From the IMG/VR virus record IMGVR_UViG_3300022868_000022, positions 1 through 58,245 of that record: a stretch of DNA of 58,245 nucleotides. One strand, given 5' to 3'. How positions within the stretch are numbered: position 1 is the first letter of the stretch; each line of letters begins with the position of its first letter. The DNA comes from a virus (lineage: Duplodnaviria; Caudoviricetes). Below are positions 1-9,349 of the stretch, one piece after another. The notes under the pieces were generated by a model, which was given only the letters and a program-made list of their open reading frames with translations, searched no databases and was not told where the DNA came from. The position numbers and the translations under genes were made by a program.

Positions 1-690
1 TGTTGTTCCGCTAGTACCTGTTGTACCACTTGTACCACTAGTTCCTGTAGTACCGCTTGATCCGCTAGTACCGCTTGTACCATCTGTCCCTGAAGTACCA
101 CTTGTTCCACTTGTTCCTGTTGTACCACTTGTTCCACTAGTACCTGTTGTACCACTTGTACCATCTGTCCCTGATGAACCGTTAGTACCGCTTGTACCAT
201 CTGTTCCTGAAGTACCAGATGTACCACTTGTTCCTGTTGTTCCGCTAGTACCTGTTGTACCACTTGTACCGCTTGAGCCGTCAGTACCGCTTGAGCCGTT
301 AGTACCACTTGAGCCATCTGTCCCTGAAGTACCGCTTGAACCACTTGTTCCACTAGTACCTGTTGTACCACTTGTTCCGGCAGTACCAGATGTACCACTT
401 GAACCGCTTGGCCCTTGTCTTATTATATCAACTTTATCATATGTTATGTCACTAACAACAATATCAAATAATTGTGATGTACTATAATCAGTATTATCAA
501 CATAGAATTGAAATAGTCCATAACTATCTGATTGTATCTGTGGAGCTACTTCAATAGCAATACCACCAGTATATGATGTATATACTTTAGCAGCATCAGT
601 AGTTCCTGTTAAATATATGGTTACATCAATACCAGATTTAATGTTGCCATATGAGTCTCTTGAGCGTCCATTAAAGCTATATCTACTCAT
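1..690 (-). CDS. Collagen-like (G-X-Y, mostly G-T-S/G-S-S/G-T-D) fibre protein with N-terminal virion-attachment domain; runs off the window edge
   Basis: Not in ORF track. Manual translation from ATG at 690: MSRYSFNGRSRDSYGNIKSGIDVTIYLTGTTDAAKVY...RQGPSGSSGTSGTAGTSGTTGTSG..., Gly every third residue from ~414 to 1. Confidence 0.85.
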   Translation of the reverse strand, partial: MSRYSFNGRSRDSYGNIKSGIDVTIYLTGTTDAAKVYTSYTGGIAIEVAPQIQSDSYGLFQFYVDNTDYSTSQLFDIVVSDITYDKVDIIRQGPSGSSGTSGTAGTSGTTGTSGTSGSSGTSGTDGSSGTNGSSGTDGSSGTSGTTGTSGTTGTSGTSGTSGTDGTSGTNGSSGTDGTSGTTGTSGTSGTTGTSGTSGTSGTDGTSGTSGSSGTTGTSGTSGTTGTSGTT

Positions 691-723
691 ATATTATCCC
701 GATTTTATTAAATATATTTTTCA

Positions 724-876
724 TTAGAAAATGTCACCTACCGTAAATGTTTCAATCCAATCCAATAATATCTTATATAAAGGATGGTCAGTATTATATG
801 TTCTTAATTCAAAATTTAAGATATCTGATGTATTATCAAAATTTAAGATATCTGATGTATTATCAAAATTTGGCAT
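724..876 (-). CDS. Small hypothetical protein (50 aa) with a 27-nt internal tandem duplication
   Basis: MPNFDNTSDILNFDNTSDILNFELRTY...; ATG overlaps the stop of the upstream gene; repeat copies 811-837 and 838-864. Confidence 0.55.
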   Translation of the reverse strand: MPNFDNTSDILNFDNTSDILNFELRTYNTDHPLYKILLDWIETFTVGDIF

Positions 877-1166
877 TATAATTCTTCCACATTTAATTTA
901 GTTTTATGATAATAGGTATAACTATCTTTGACTATACGCCACACTATCTCATATTCATCCACAGTAGCCGTAACTTCCGTATTAACTAAAGCATAAATTT
1001 TATTTTCAGTAACTAAGCAATCAGCTTCAGCTTTAACTGTTGTACCATCACTATCTACAACACTAAAATATGCTCCTGAAGGATCAAAATCATCATCATC
1101 CTGATCTCTTATAGTAATTTCAACTGCTCGAATTTCACCCTGATAAAATGTTATATATGTTTTCAA
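876..1166 (-). CDS. Small beta-sandwich virion protein (BppU N-terminal-like)
   Basis: FYQGE...ITIRD...Y.IVW pattern; acidic; next to fibre gene. Confidence 0.5.
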   Translation of the reverse strand: MKTYITFYQGEIRAVEITIRDQDDDDFDPSGAYFSVVDSDGTTVKAEADCLVTENKIYALVNTEVTATVDEYEIVWRIVKDSYTYYHKTKLNVEEL

Positions 1167-1190
1167 ATATTATACCTTCTATAAAGTTAT

Positions 1191-1709
1191 TTATACTTTT
1201 CCGCCAAAAATATCTTTAAGACTACCAAATAGACCTCTTTTTTTAACCTTTTTATATTTACTAGCAAGTCCTCTAAGAGCTTGTTTAGAAAAGTCTTTAT
1301 GAAAACTACCTACAACAGCTTTCTCTAAATCATCAAATGGCACTTCTTTAAGATTTTTTATGTAATATGTAGGGCTATAAAAATATCTTCTTACAGCAAT
1401 ATCCATAAAAGGATAATAAGTTTTAACAATACGCCATGTAAGCTTCATATCACCTTTAGTACGTTTAAGTACCTTTACCCATTCTTTTACAAACCTTTTT
1501 CTTTGAGATCTGGGAAGGTAATTAAGATTCACGCCCTGACAAAAACGCCACTGGCGACCTGTTTTTGGATGCGTGCCACTAAAACTATACATATGAAAAT
1601 ATAATGGTATTGGATCATTTTCCCATGCAGAATATCTGAAGACATACACATGACCTGACTTTAGAGTGACACCCTTTATTCTTTTTTTATATAGTACTCT
1701 TAATGCCAT
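1191..1709 (-). CDS. gp2: DNA end protector protein (T4 gp2-like)
   Basis: GHVYVFRY...DPIPL...GVNLNYLP...R..F...AVRRY motifs; adjacent to gp4. Confidence 0.8.
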   Translation of the reverse strand: MALRVLYKKRIKGVTLKSGHVYVFRYSAWENDPIPLYFHMYSFSGTHPKTGRQWRFCQGVNLNYLPRSQRKRFVKEWVKVLKRTKGDMKLTWRIVKTYYPFMDIAVRRYFYSPTYYIKNLKEVPFDDLEKAVVGSFHKDFSKQALRGLASKYKKVKKRGLFGSLKDIFGGKV

Positions 1710-1788
1710 AATATTTTTCGCTACCTTTTATATTACCATTTACCATCTTTTATATATTTTGTGATATATTTTTCTAACAATTCTTTTT

Positions 1789-2250
1789 TCATTTATATAA
1801 CTCTTTCTCTGTTATAATCTTAAATATGAATCCACGCTTTCTACAAAAATCTGCAGCTGCTTTCCATTTAGCATTATTTGTTGCATATATTGCATTTTCA
1901 GATATTATAGTTTTTTGCTTCTTATTCTTACTACCTTTAGGGGCCATTACTTGATTATATGGCTTTACTTCAACAATATAAATTTTATCATCATCATTTT
2001 TATCACGAACTTTTATCATAAAGTCAGGGAAATATCTCCTTTGCTTTCGTTTTACTGGATCGTAATAAGGAATAATAACATCCTCTGAATTCCATTTAAT
2101 AATGCTTGAATTATTATCACACCATTGGCAAAAAGTTCGTTCCCACGATGATCTTGCTATTAAAGGATATGACCCAACATATTTATCTTTATTTATAGGA
2201 TTATATATTGTATGCTTTTTTGGATTAAACTGGGTTTTCATAAAGTTCAT
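1789..2250 (-). CDS. gp4: Head completion nuclease (T4 gp4, TnsA-like)
   Basis: N.DKY.G...RSSWE..F..WCD.N..I.KW.SE...IPY..P...RRYFPDF...EVKP..Q...N.AKW.AA...F.IITEKEL. Confidence 0.93.
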   Translation of the reverse strand: MNFMKTQFNPKKHTIYNPINKDKYVGSYPLIARSSWERTFCQWCDNNSSIIKWNSEDVIIPYYDPVKRKQRRYFPDFMIKVRDKNDDDKIYIVEVKPYNQVMAPKGSKNKKQKTIISENAIYATNNAKWKAAADFCRKRGFIFKIITEKELYK

Positions 2251-2366
2251 ATAATTTCTCTTTTGATATAGAACATTTAGATCTTTTTATATTATTTTTT
2301 ATAGCTGTTATCATTTCAAGATTATATATACTACTCATAATTTCAATTGGTATATTATAAGACATA

Positions 2367-2633
2367 TTAATAATTTAGCATTGAAGCATCTCTTAATCTT
2401 TCATATAAACCTTTTGATATAGATATTATTTTTTTACTGTTTTGGTCTTTTTTTTGCATATCATCAAGTTTTTTAATAGCTATTTTCAAATCTTTCATTT
2501 CACCATCAATTAATTTTCTAATTCTTTTATATTTAACAGATAAATCATTATTATCATCTTCACTTATACCAACATTGCTTAAGCTTCCTTTGTCTAAATT
2601 ATATCCTTCAAGTCTATTATATTCTTGTGCCAT
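2367..2633 (-). CDS. Hypothetical protein, leader paralogue of 2643..2888
   Basis: Identical first 22 aa MAQEYNRLEGYNLDKGSLSNVG. Confidence 0.75.
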   Translation of the reverse strand: MAQEYNRLEGYNLDKGSLSNVGISEDDNNDLSVKYKRIRKLIDGEMKDLKIAIKKLDDMQKKDQNSKKIISISKGLYERLRDASMLNY

Positions 2634-2642
2634 AATTACTCC

Positions 2643-2888
2643 TTATATTTTTTTAATTAAACTATCTATAACCCTTTTAACATTACTTAATATTTTTTTT
2701 CCTAATTTTATATTGTCACTATTAATAGCTGTTTCAGCACTTTTAGTATATCCTGTTATTGTATTAAAAAGACTGTTAATTTCAGCTTGATATCCAGGCA
2801 ATCCAGTATTTTCTTCATTAACACCTACATTACTTAAGCTTCCTTTGTCTAAATTATATCCTTCAAGTCTATTATATTCTTGTGCCAT
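2643..2888 (-). CDS. Hypothetical protein, leader paralogue of 2367..2633
   Basis: Identical first 22 aa; AGGAG RBS; late promoter upstream. Confidence 0.75.
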   Translation of the reverse strand: MAQEYNRLEGYNLDKGSLSNVGVNEENTGLPGYQAEINSLFNTITGYTKSAETAINSDNIKLGKKILSNVKRVIDSLIKKI

Positions 2889-2918
2889 AATTGCTCCTTA
2901 TAAAATTATTATCATTAG

Positions 2919-2926
2919 TATTTATA
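2919..2926 (-). promoter_or_regulatory. T4-type late promoter TATAAATA
   Basis: Exact consensus in the intergenic gap upstream of 2888. Confidence 0.65.
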
Positions 2927-2945
2927 ATTATTTATGATATTTTTG

Positions 2946-3251
2946 TTAAATTATTTTTATTAAACTGGATTTATCGAAAAAATCTTTGTGGGTGTTGTAC
3001 CATTTGTTAAGTTTAGGAAGGTATAATTTGCTTATTTTATCGAAGGTTTCATCTTCTTTAATTTCTTCTGTATCTGTATGCATATCAAATGCTAAAATTA
3101 TATTAAGAATATTATTTCTTTGTTGTTCTGTTAATGTTTCTGGATCAAATGATACTATAAGATCAACAATTTTTTTAAAAATCTTTTTGTCAAATCCTAC
3201 CTTAGTGCCTGGTGGTATGCCATATTCTGTTATATAATTTTTAAATCTCAT
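2946..3251 (-). CDS. Putative internal head protein (capsid-targeting leader)
   Basis: Starts MRFKNYITE. Confidence 0.65.
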   Translation of the reverse strand: MRFKNYITEYGIPPGTKVGFDKKIFKKIVDLIVSFDPETLTEQQRNNILNIILAFDMHTDTEEIKEDETFDKISKLYLPKLNKWYNTHKDFFDKSSLIKII

Positions 3252-3272
3252 AATTACCTGATATACTTATAT

Positions 3273-3662
3273 TTAATGGTACTTTACGATTTTCCGACCC
3301 GTAGCAGTTTTCCCAGATTTAGCCATTCTATTTGTCATTCTTGACCGTTGCTTACCTGCAGCACTTCTTTTAAATCTGGATTTCTTTCTTTTTATAGCTG
3401 ATTTATGAGTTCTGTAATATCGTTTAGTCTGCATTCGTTTTTGTGACTTGGTTCTTTGAGCTAGTCTAATCTCATGCATATCAATATCATCAAAATCAAG
3501 CTCATCATATATAGATTCAAGCATCATACGTTGTTCATCTGACATCATATCTTCTTGCTCATTAGTCAAAGATATTAAGAAATCAGCCATCTTACTAAAT
3601 GTCTCATCGTCATAGTCTTCATCACCATCAATATAATTGTCAATTTGTTCTAATATGCTCAT
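3273..3662 (-). CDS. Acidic-N/basic-C putative prohead core or DNA-binding head protein
   Basis: D/E-rich first half, K/R-rich second half after MHE (possible protease site). Confidence 0.5.
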   Translation of the reverse strand: MSILEQIDNYIDGDEDYDDETFSKMADFLISLTNEQEDMMSDEQRMMLESIYDELDFDDIDMHEIRLAQRTKSQKRMQTKRYYRTHKSAIKRKKSRFKRSAAGKQRSRMTNRMAKSGKTATGRKIVKYH

Positions 3663-3664
3663 AG

Positions 3665-4030
3665 TTAATCCTTTATACCAGCTTCTTCTTCCATCTTTTT
3701 AAGTCTAGTATAGTAATCTTTTATTTCTGCCAAATGGTCTTTAGCTATACGCTCAGCAATAACAGGGCTTGAAGTATGCTCTTTTTCAATATCTATACCT
3801 AAACTCAATTCATTGTCATCATATGTTCCTTTAAAGTCTTTAGACCTACCTGATCCAAAGAATGAACCTAATAATTTATATATTACTTCTTCAAATTTAT
3901 GCTTATTTATCCCTAATTCATCAGCTAGATTATGAATTTCATCATCTTTTGGATTAGAATTTTTTAAGAAAAATTCTATTATATCGGCTGTAACATCCTT
4001 TTCTTCATTCAAATACTCATAAAATTTCAT
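3665..4030 (-). CDS. DUF5661-like protein with capsid-targeting leader
   Basis: MKFYEYLNE; GIDIEKEHT...A.RIAKDHL.E..DYYTRLKKME. Confidence 0.7.
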   Translation of the reverse strand: MKFYEYLNEEKDVTADIIEFFLKNSNPKDDEIHNLADELGINKHKFEEVIYKLLGSFFGSGRSKDFKGTYDDNELSLGIDIEKEHTSSPVIAERIAKDHLAEIKDYYTRLKKMEEEAGIKD

Positions 4031-4037
4031 ATAACAC

Positions 4038-4331
4038 CTATTTTAAGCTTAATCTCTTTCTTAATTCATTCTTAATAAATAGCATATCAGGCCCTTTAAG
4101 ACCTTTATTTTCAATTTCATAGATAATGATATTATATTTTTCTCTATTAGAAATATCCTTTTCTCTTTGTTGATCTACAGCACTTTTATCAATCTCTTTT
4201 AAATAAATTGAAATTAAAAAATTGATAATCTTTTTGTCAATCTTTTTCTTAATAGCATCTTTAATACCACTTTCCATAATAATATCTTTATCTTCCAAAT
4301 ACCTGGCTATTTTATTTTCAATGCCTATCAT
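4038..4331 (-). CDS. Hypothetical protein (long-type leader)
   Basis: MIGIENKIARYLE...IME. Confidence 0.6.
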   Translation of the reverse strand: MIGIENKIARYLEDKDIIMESGIKDAIKKKIDKKIINFLISIYLKEIDKSAVDQQREKDISNREKYNIIIYEIENKGLKGPDMLFIKNELRKRLSLK

Positions 4332-4332
4332 A

Positions 4333-4518
4333 TTAATCCTTGTCTTTAGTCCATTCTTTTTCGATCTGATTAAAAAATTCTTTTTTCTTATCGGCTGAAA
4401 GTTTTGCAGGTGATGTTACATTAAATTCTTTAAGTTTTTTCTTAAAAAACTTTTGATAAGCTGTTTCCTCTGTTAATGTACCCATAGTTAAATCTATTTT
4501 ATCAATAATATCATTCAT
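4333..4518 (-). CDS. Small T4-like-phage hypothetical protein
   Basis: LTE then YQKFF...L....V.SP..L....KKEFF..I...W; AGGAG RBS. Confidence 0.6.
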   Translation of the reverse strand: MNDIIDKIDLTMGTLTEETAYQKFFKKKLKEFNVTSPAKLSADKKKEFFNQIEKEWTKDKD

Positions 4519-4552
4519 TATACGATCTCCTTTATTTTATTTATCACATTGA

Positions 4553-4585
4553 TATTTATATTTTTATTGCTATTATTTATAAATA
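4553..4585. promoter_or_regulatory. Divergent late promoters: TATAAATA on - (4553-4560, 4574-4581) and + (4578-4585)
   Basis: Exact consensus copies at the strand switch. Confidence 0.75.
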
Positions 4586-4595
4586 ATATTAAATT

Positions 4596-5219
4596 ATGGA
4601 CAAAATAATTATATTAGGTAAAGGCAAGTCATTAGAAAGATTATCAGAAGTAATAAAATATGCTAACAATTGTGTATTTGTAGATAATTTTAGCCCAGAG
4701 ATTGAATATTTTTGGGATATCCTAAAAGATAAAAATGTTTATCATTTCACTAATGGTATGATTAAAGGGGCTTTAGATAAAAAATATTATGATTTATTTA
4801 ACATTAAAGAATCTTATGCTAGGTCCACTATATTTCCAAAATTAAAATATGCTGATAATCAAATAAAGTTATATACCGATTATTATGAAAATATATTAAA
4901 TGTTAAAATGATACATGTTTCTGAAGAATATCATATAAAATATAAGACCATAAAGAATACAGGTATATATGCTGTATTGTGGGCATCAGAAACTTTAGGA
5001 CTTCATGATATATGGATTTGTGGATTTGATTTTCATCAGGACAATTATTTTTTAAATGATAACAAAGGTATAAGAATGATGAAAGGTAGATATGATGATG
5101 CTATAAGTGATTTTATTGATATAATTAAAACATTTCCTAATATAACATACCATATAGTGTTATCAAAAAAGATTAATAAAAATACTTTTAAAGGTTTACA
5201 GAATATAAATATTATATAA
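4596..5219 (+). CDS. GT42/CstII-like (sialyltransferase/Maf-like) glycosyltransferase
   Basis: IIILGKGKSL ... NTGIYAVLWA..LG..DIWICGFDFH, matching the CstII IAGNGPSL...TSG...LG.KEIYLSGIDF pattern. Confidence 0.65.
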   Translation: MDKIIILGKGKSLERLSEVIKYANNCVFVDNFSPEIEYFWDILKDKNVYHFTNGMIKGALDKKYYDLFNIKESYARSTIFPKLKYADNQIKLYTDYYENILNVKMIHVSEEYHIKYKTIKNTGIYAVLWASETLGLHDIWICGFDFHQDNYFLNDNKGIRMMKGRYDDAISDFIDIIKTFPNITYHIVLSKKINKNTFKGLQNINII

Positions 5220-5222
5220 ATA
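5215..5222 (+). promoter_or_regulatory. T4-type late promoter TATAAATA
   Basis: Exact consensus immediately before ATG 5228. Confidence 0.55.
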
Positions 5223-5227
5223 GAGAT

Positions 5228-5899
5228 ATGAGACTTAAAAATTATTTAACGGAATTAGCATCTAATTATGGCAAAGGAATCACAATGGTTGATATTGATG
5301 AAACATTGTTTAACACGTTTGCTAAAATTAAAGTAATTAAAAATGGTAAAGTAATTAAAGAGCTTGATAATCAAGAGTTTAATACATATGAACTTAAACC
5401 AAATGAATCATTTAATTTTGATGAATTTAGAAGTGCTGAAATATTTAATAAGACATCAATACCAATTCCCCAAACAGTTAATAGAATAAAAAGAATGATT
5501 AAGAACATTAAAGACAGAGGGTCCAAAATAGTATTTTTAACAGCTCGTGCAGATTTTGATGATAAAGAAGTATTTTTAAATACATTTCGTAAACATGGTA
5601 TACCAATAGATCAAATATATGTAGAAAGATCTGGTAATGATATAACAGGTACAGTTTCACAAAGGAAAAAGAAAATAGTATTAAGGTATCTTTTATCAGG
5701 TATGTATAGACGTTGTAGGCTCATAGATGATGATTTAAAAAATCTTAAAGATTTTTTATCAATAGAGAATGAATTACCACAAAATATAATAAATAAGATT
5801 AAAGAAATACATCATATATCTGATGATGAAACAATACCTGTTATAGAATTTTTTGCTTTGTTAGTAAAAAAAGACGGGTCATTAAAAAGAATTAAATAA
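5228..5899 (+). CDS. HAD-family phosphatase (Pnkp 3'-phosphatase/Swiss-army-knife-like) with capsid-targeting leader
   Basis: MRLKNYLTE; DIDETL, LTAR, K, IDDD..NL HAD motifs I-IV. Confidence 0.8.
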   Translation: MRLKNYLTELASNYGKGITMVDIDETLFNTFAKIKVIKNGKVIKELDNQEFNTYELKPNESFNFDEFRSAEIFNKTSIPIPQTVNRIKRMIKNIKDRGSKIVFLTARADFDDKEVFLNTFRKHGIPIDQIYVERSGNDITGTVSQRKKKIVLRYLLSGMYRRCRLIDDDLKNLKDFLSIENELPQNIINKIKEIHHISDDETIPVIEFFALLVKKDGSLKRIK

Positions 5900-5915
5900 A
5901 TAGGATAAGGATCTC

Positions 5916-6194
5916 ATGATAGTATATTCTGGAAGTAGATTAAAAGCAACAGATACAAATGGTGATACACAAAACGTATCTGATGCTGTAGTATATGCTA
6001 TATTGACTAAGAAATTAATAAATGGTGGATGGGATGCGGTATATATTGATGATGATAGAAAGATAGCTAAAAAAGGTAGTACAAAGAACTGGAATCCAAA
6101 ACCTACTATTTATAAATCATCAAATGTTCCACCAAAATTAAAAGAAAAGATAAAAAAGAAATTAAAGCAACTTAATATTGATATAATGGTGTAA
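5916..6194 (+). CDS. Hypothetical protein
   Basis: ORF with RBS inside the operon. Confidence 0.6.
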   Translation: MIVYSGSRLKATDTNGDTQNVSDAVVYAILTKKLINGGWDAVYIDDDRKIAKKGSTKNWNPKPTIYKSSNVPPKLKEKIKKKLKQLNIDIMV

Positions 6195-6195
6195 T

Positions 6196-6714
6196 ATGAG
6201 ACTTGAGCAATATTTAAATGAATCTAAATCAATTATTTTTGTTCGTTATGGTGGATTATCAAAAATAGATCAAAAGAAATATGGTATTAGCCAGAATTTT
6301 CATAAAGCTCCAGCCAATAAAGGTATATTTGCTTTTACATGGCCTTATATTGAAGATTTTTTATGGGCATGGAAAGTGCCATTTAAAAAAGGTGAAACAG
6401 AAGATGAACAAAATAAAAGATTAAAAAAATTTATAAAAAATAATAGAAAAAAATTTACATATTCTGGATGGATATGGACACATTTTGAAAATGTTCCAAA
6501 TAATATGATAAAAAGAAGAAGTGGTTCATGGATTGAGATACATACAAGTGATTTTCAAAAATTATTCAAAAAACAAAAACATACAGATATGAAAGGATTG
6601 GATAAAAATCTTTATGGAATATCAAAAGATATTGTAAAAGACCCTTATAAAAGAGGTCTTGGTGGATTTATAAGTCGTGATCATTTAGAAGTATTTATTG
6701 AAAAAATAAATTAA
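6196..6714 (+). CDS. Putative internal head protein
   Basis: MRLEQYLNE leader, nucleotide-identical to that of 6722. Confidence 0.7.
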   Translation: MRLEQYLNESKSIIFVRYGGLSKIDQKKYGISQNFHKAPANKGIFAFTWPYIEDFLWAWKVPFKKGETEDEQNKRLKKFIKNNRKKFTYSGWIWTHFENVPNNMIKRRSGSWIEIHTSDFQKLFKKQKHTDMKGLDKNLYGISKDIVKDPYKRGLGGFISRDHLEVFIEKIN

Positions 6715-6721
6715 GGATAAT

Positions 6722-7270
6722 ATGAGACTTGAGCAATATTTAAATGAAGAAGTTATCAAATTAAGACATAGTTTTAAATTTGATAAGCTAAAAAAAGATA
6801 AGAAGTCTTTTTATAATGACCGTCAAATGGTTGGCCATGATAGAGCTATAGAAAGAGTAGATCAAATAGAAAATCTTTTTGCTAAAGTTACTAAAACAAG
6901 AAAGCAAAAAATGTTAGCATCATTGTTAATAGACTTTGACAGTACCGATTGGCATTATTTTGTAATACAAACATCAAAAAAAGATTTACAGATTTATAGC
7001 TACATATTAAGACGTATAGATAAAGTCATGCCATATAATTTATTAGCATGGCTTGATAACAAATCAGGGATATTAAAAACTCAATTAACTCATATATTAG
7101 AATATATGTCTTATTTAAGTAATGATAAAGCTTTATATCTTAAAAATTATTGTAAATCATTTAGTTTTTATGGTCTGAAATCAGATGAATCTGAAGAAAG
7201 ATTTAATAAATATCATAAAGGACTAGAAAAATATCCTTATATAAAATTTATAAAAAAGAATTGGAGATAG
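6722..7270 (+). CDS. Putative internal head protein
   Basis: MRLEQYLNE leader. Confidence 0.7.
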   Translation: MRLEQYLNEEVIKLRHSFKFDKLKKDKKSFYNDRQMVGHDRAIERVDQIENLFAKVTKTRKQKMLASLLIDFDSTDWHYFVIQTSKKDLQIYSYILRRIDKVMPYNLLAWLDNKSGILKTQLTHILEYMSYLSNDKALYLKNYCKSFSFYGLKSDESEERFNKYHKGLEKYPYIKFIKKNWR

Positions 7271-7271
7271 C

Positions 7272-7639
7272 ATGCGATTTAAACAATATATAACAGAACA
7301 GATGGTGTCATTATTTAATGTAAAAGTTGCTGGTGATATTAAAAAAAAGACTTATTAAAAAATATTAAAGCTCCTTTTGTAAATGTTAAGATTTCTACAT
7401 TGGGTGGTGATGATAGGACTTCTATAATATTAAATTTATCTCTTGATGATAAAAAAGATTGGCCAAATGGTATATTACAAAATTCAAGATATGCAATGTT
7501 TCATATTAATGCTGATGGTGTAATAGAACAGTTTACTAAATCATTTTCAATAAAAAAGAAATTTAGAAAATCAAAATTTAAGAATATATCAGATATAACT
7601 AAAAAAATTAATAAATATTTACAAACTATAAAAGGATAA
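7272..7639 (+). pseudogene. Leader-bearing gene interrupted by a -1 frameshift at an A8 tract (7341-7348)
   Basis: MRFKQYITE...DIKKKTY* (stop 7356-7358); the -1 frame continues KKDLLKNIKAPFVNVKISTLGGDDR... to 7639. Confidence 0.7.
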
Positions 7640-7641
7640 CT

Positions 7642-8736
7642 ATGAGATTTAAAAGATATTTAATATTTAAAGCTTCAAAAAATGCTTCAAAAACAACCAG
7701 ATTACAGGAATGTTTACATTGTATTGGTCTAGGTATATATCAAATTAAAAAGAAAGCAATTACTATACAAGATATACAAGATGAGGCTCTTTTTAGAAAG
7801 GCGTTTGATAGATATGTTGATATTGATACTGGATACAATGAGTTATATAAATTTGTATTAGACAATCCTAATAAATGGGTTGAAGCTGTTGTAAGATCTA
7901 CAAATGCTTTAAAAAAATCAAAATGGATGAAGAAAAATAATTATACTTTTTATAGAGGTGTGTCCTTTATGAATATAATATATAATGAATTCAATAAATT
8001 AAAGAAAAGAGATAACATTAGTCTTGCTAATGACAAATGGAATCCTTCAGATATATGGGCATCATCTAAAACATCTATACCATCATTCGATTCATTAATT
8101 GAATTAAATCAATACATATCAAAAAGTTTAAAAAGTGGTGCTGTTGTTGGTATATCATTAAAAAAATCAACTTCTTCACCTGTTGTTGAGTGGTATGGAC
8201 CTGATGAAAACCCAGAGATAATAAAATATAAAGGAATAAGTAAACCAAAAGGAAAAAATGCTCCATTTCCTACAGGTATAATAATAAATACATCAAAAGC
8301 TAATATAAATTTCAGAAGTTTTAGAATTATTAAAGCTGCTCCAATAACAGGAGAAATTATAGGTGGTGGTAAAGCTGCTCGTGGTGGTAAAGTGCCATCA
8401 AGTATTAAAAAAGATGTAATTGATAAATATAAAATATCACAAATGAGTAAAAGTCGTATATCATCAATAGATGACAATAAATTAAAAGAATATGTTTCTA
8501 GTTTATGGAAACAATGTGGCCATAATTTTTCAGAAAATGATATAGCTAAGGGATGGTCTGATAGAGAGAAAAATATTCAAGATCGTACAGGATATTGGAT
8601 GTCAATAATAAATTCATTAGAAATAGGATCTTTTCTTAATCAAAACAAAAGCTTAGCTGATAATATTATAACAAAGTTTTATACAGGATCATCATCAAAA
8701 GGAAGTAATTCATCAGAATTTATAAAAGTATCATAG
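7642..8736 (+). CDS. PD-(D/E)XK restriction-endonuclease-like protein with leader variant
   Basis: TRLQE, DKWNPSDIW, VGISLKK motifs; starts MRFKRYLI. Confidence 0.65.
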   Translation: MRFKRYLIFKASKNASKTTRLQECLHCIGLGIYQIKKKAITIQDIQDEALFRKAFDRYVDIDTGYNELYKFVLDNPNKWVEAVVRSTNALKKSKWMKKNNYTFYRGVSFMNIIYNEFNKLKKRDNISLANDKWNPSDIWASSKTSIPSFDSLIELNQYISKSLKSGAVVGISLKKSTSSPVVEWYGPDENPEIIKYKGISKPKGKNAPFPTGIIINTSKANINFRSFRIIKAAPITGEIIGGGKAARGGKVPSSIKKDVIDKYKISQMSKSRISSIDDNKLKEYVSSLWKQCGHNFSENDIAKGWSDREKNIQDRTGYWMSIINSLEIGSFLNQNKSLADNIITKFYTGSSSKGSNSSEFIKVS

Positions 8737-8746
8737 AGGAGATTAT

Positions 8747-9115
8747 ATGAAAATAACAAAAATAATAGCTAAGTACTTGAATGAATCTAGTATTTTAAAA
8801 TCAAATATAAAGAAAAAAATTAATGGTGAAATACAGAAATTCTTAAAACCAACGTACTTTAAAAAGATACCATTACAACCTTTATTTGATATACTTGAAA
8901 AATATAGCATTGTACCATTACAAGAAGATGATACTATATGGGATGGTCTTCTTCTTGGTGGTATAAAAAAGACAGAAAGAGTTGATTTTACTCTAGGTGA
9001 TTTATCATCAAAAGATAGTAAAAATAGATACCTTGTAATAACGAATGCTAAGCTTTCATTGTCATATTATAAAATGGAATCAGGCAAATATGAAGTTATT
9101 GCTTATATAGGATAA
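8747..9115 (+). CDS. Putative internal head protein
   Basis: MKITKIIAKYLNE; C-terminal YKMESGKYEVIAYI. Confidence 0.65.
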   Translation: MKITKIIAKYLNESSILKSNIKKKINGEIQKFLKPTYFKKIPLQPLFDILEKYSIVPLQEDDTIWDGLLLGGIKKTERVDFTLGDLSSKDSKNRYLVITNAKLSLSYYKMESGKYEVIAYIG

Positions 9116-9116
9116 T

Positions 9117-9272
9117 ATGAAATTTAAACAATATATAGAATCAATAGTAGCCGGCGACGTAGAATCCGAACCAGTTAAGAATGGTAAGATATTAAGACGA
9201 AAGAAAAAGAAAAAGAAATCTGAGATTGAAAAAATATTAGATAAAGCAAGAGGTATGAGTGATGAAATTTAA
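9117..9272 (+). CDS. Small basic leader-bearing protein (51 aa)
   Basis: Manual translation MKFKQYIESIVAGDVESEPVKNGKILRRKKKKKKSEIEKILDKARGMSDEI. Confidence 0.6.
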   Translation: MKFKQYIESIVAGDVESEPVKNGKILRRKKKKKKSEIEKILDKARGMSDEI

Positions 9273-9308
9273 AATTATTTAACAGAAAAATATTGCCTGT
9301 TGTATTAA
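9262..9308 (+). pseudogene. Remnant capsid-targeting leader
   Basis: atgaaatttaaaattatttaacagaaaaa reads MKFK(N)YLTEK if one base is restored. Confidence 0.45.
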
Positions 9309-9349
9309 AAGAAATATCTGAAGCTATATAATAAAAAAGAGGAGTTAAT

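Noticed and set aside
1789-2250. TnsA transposase of a Tn7-like element
   Set aside because: gp4 shares the TnsA fold; the context (gp2, head genes) is phage morphogenesis, and no tnsB/C is present
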